In this document: one piece after another, positions 33,340 to 33,570 of the stretch
How the letters are laid out: every line of letters begins with the position of its first letter
How positions within the stretch are numbered: the stretch's first letter is position 1
Assembly: GCA_943704415.1 (NCBI GenBank)
Contig: CALSCO010001667.1
Coordinates: 1 to 33,570 of the forward strand
DNA length: 33,570 nucleotides
Source: Parvularia atlantis
Lineage: Eukaryota
Direction of reading: 5' to 3'
Made by a program: the position numbers and the translations under genes
Notes under the pieces: model-generated
Databases searched by the model: none
What the model was told of the DNA's origin: nothing
The model's input: the letters and a program-made list of their open reading frames with translations, nothing else

Positions 33340-33570
33340 ATGGCCGTCACTAAGCCGGCCAACGCGCACGTCGGGCGCCTGCTCGAGCTGACCGTGCGCC
33401 CCGCATGGACCGTGTGCGTCGCGCGATGAGCTTTGCCCACGCGCCGGATGCCCATTTGACGCCCCCGTTGCGCAGCGGCTGCGTCGATTACGAGGGCCTC
33501 AAGCGCCTGATCAAGCCCGATCGGCCCGACCGCGTGCCCGACGTCGCGCGTGCGCCACCGCCCCCCGATC
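33340..33570 (+). CDS. SPX-domain protein, N-terminal part (gene leaves the right edge)
   Basis: Exon 33340-33413, GT-AG intron 33414-33475, then an exon from 33476. The product is MAVTKPANAHVGRLLELTVRPAWTV^GCVDYEGLKRLIKP..., which matches the SPX start MKFGxxL....PEW...YxDYxxLKKxIK. Confidence 0.75.

Noticed and set aside
1069..33455. Hundreds of long Arg/Ala/Pro-rich ORFs in the six-frame track
   Set aside because: Stop codons are scarce at this GC content. These ORFs overlap identified spliced genes in other frames or on the other strand and show no motifs.
1..33570. Transposons, tRNA/rRNA genes, U12-type introns, introner-like repeated introns
   Set aside because: I saw no transposase or RT motifs, terminal repeats or RNA gene signatures, and no RTATCCTT donors. 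By eye the introns share only splice signals, not body sequence.

Overview
Eukaryotic, very GC-rich, extremely compact and intron-dense DNA. Introns are about 45-85 nt, mostly GTGCG...CTGAC/CTCAC...YAG. The six-frame ORF track is therefore largely artefactual, and I rebuilt genes by hand-splicing. The window holds 13 protein-coding genes, two of them cut by the window edges. In order: cytoplasmic dynein heavy chain C-terminus (+), a polyQ/Mug135-like protein (-), an apparently intronless MGAT4/GT54-like protein (+), TTD14 P-loop/CYTH (-), eIF4B (+), Zwilch (-), a membrane-anchored PDI (+), an APP1-type phosphatidate phosphatase with an inserted GOLD domain (+), CWF19L1/Drn1 (+), a 7TM protein resembling the plant RGS1 receptor domain but lacking an RGS box (+), a Pho4/NUC-1-type bHLH factor (-), a 12.4-kb IP3 receptor with about 75 introns (-), and the start of an SPX-domain gene (+). 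Fungal-type genes (Pho4/NUC-1, APP1, Mug135-like) sit beside genes lost from dikaryan fungi (IP3R, Zwilch), which suggests an early holomycotan or other unicellular opisthokont (inference). Most notable are the contiguous Pho4-IP3R-SPX arrangement, many GC-AG introns in the IP3R gene, the GOLD-in-APP1 insertion, the RGS-less 7TM receptor and the degenerate intronless MGAT4-like gene. All homology calls come from recalled motifs, not database searches.
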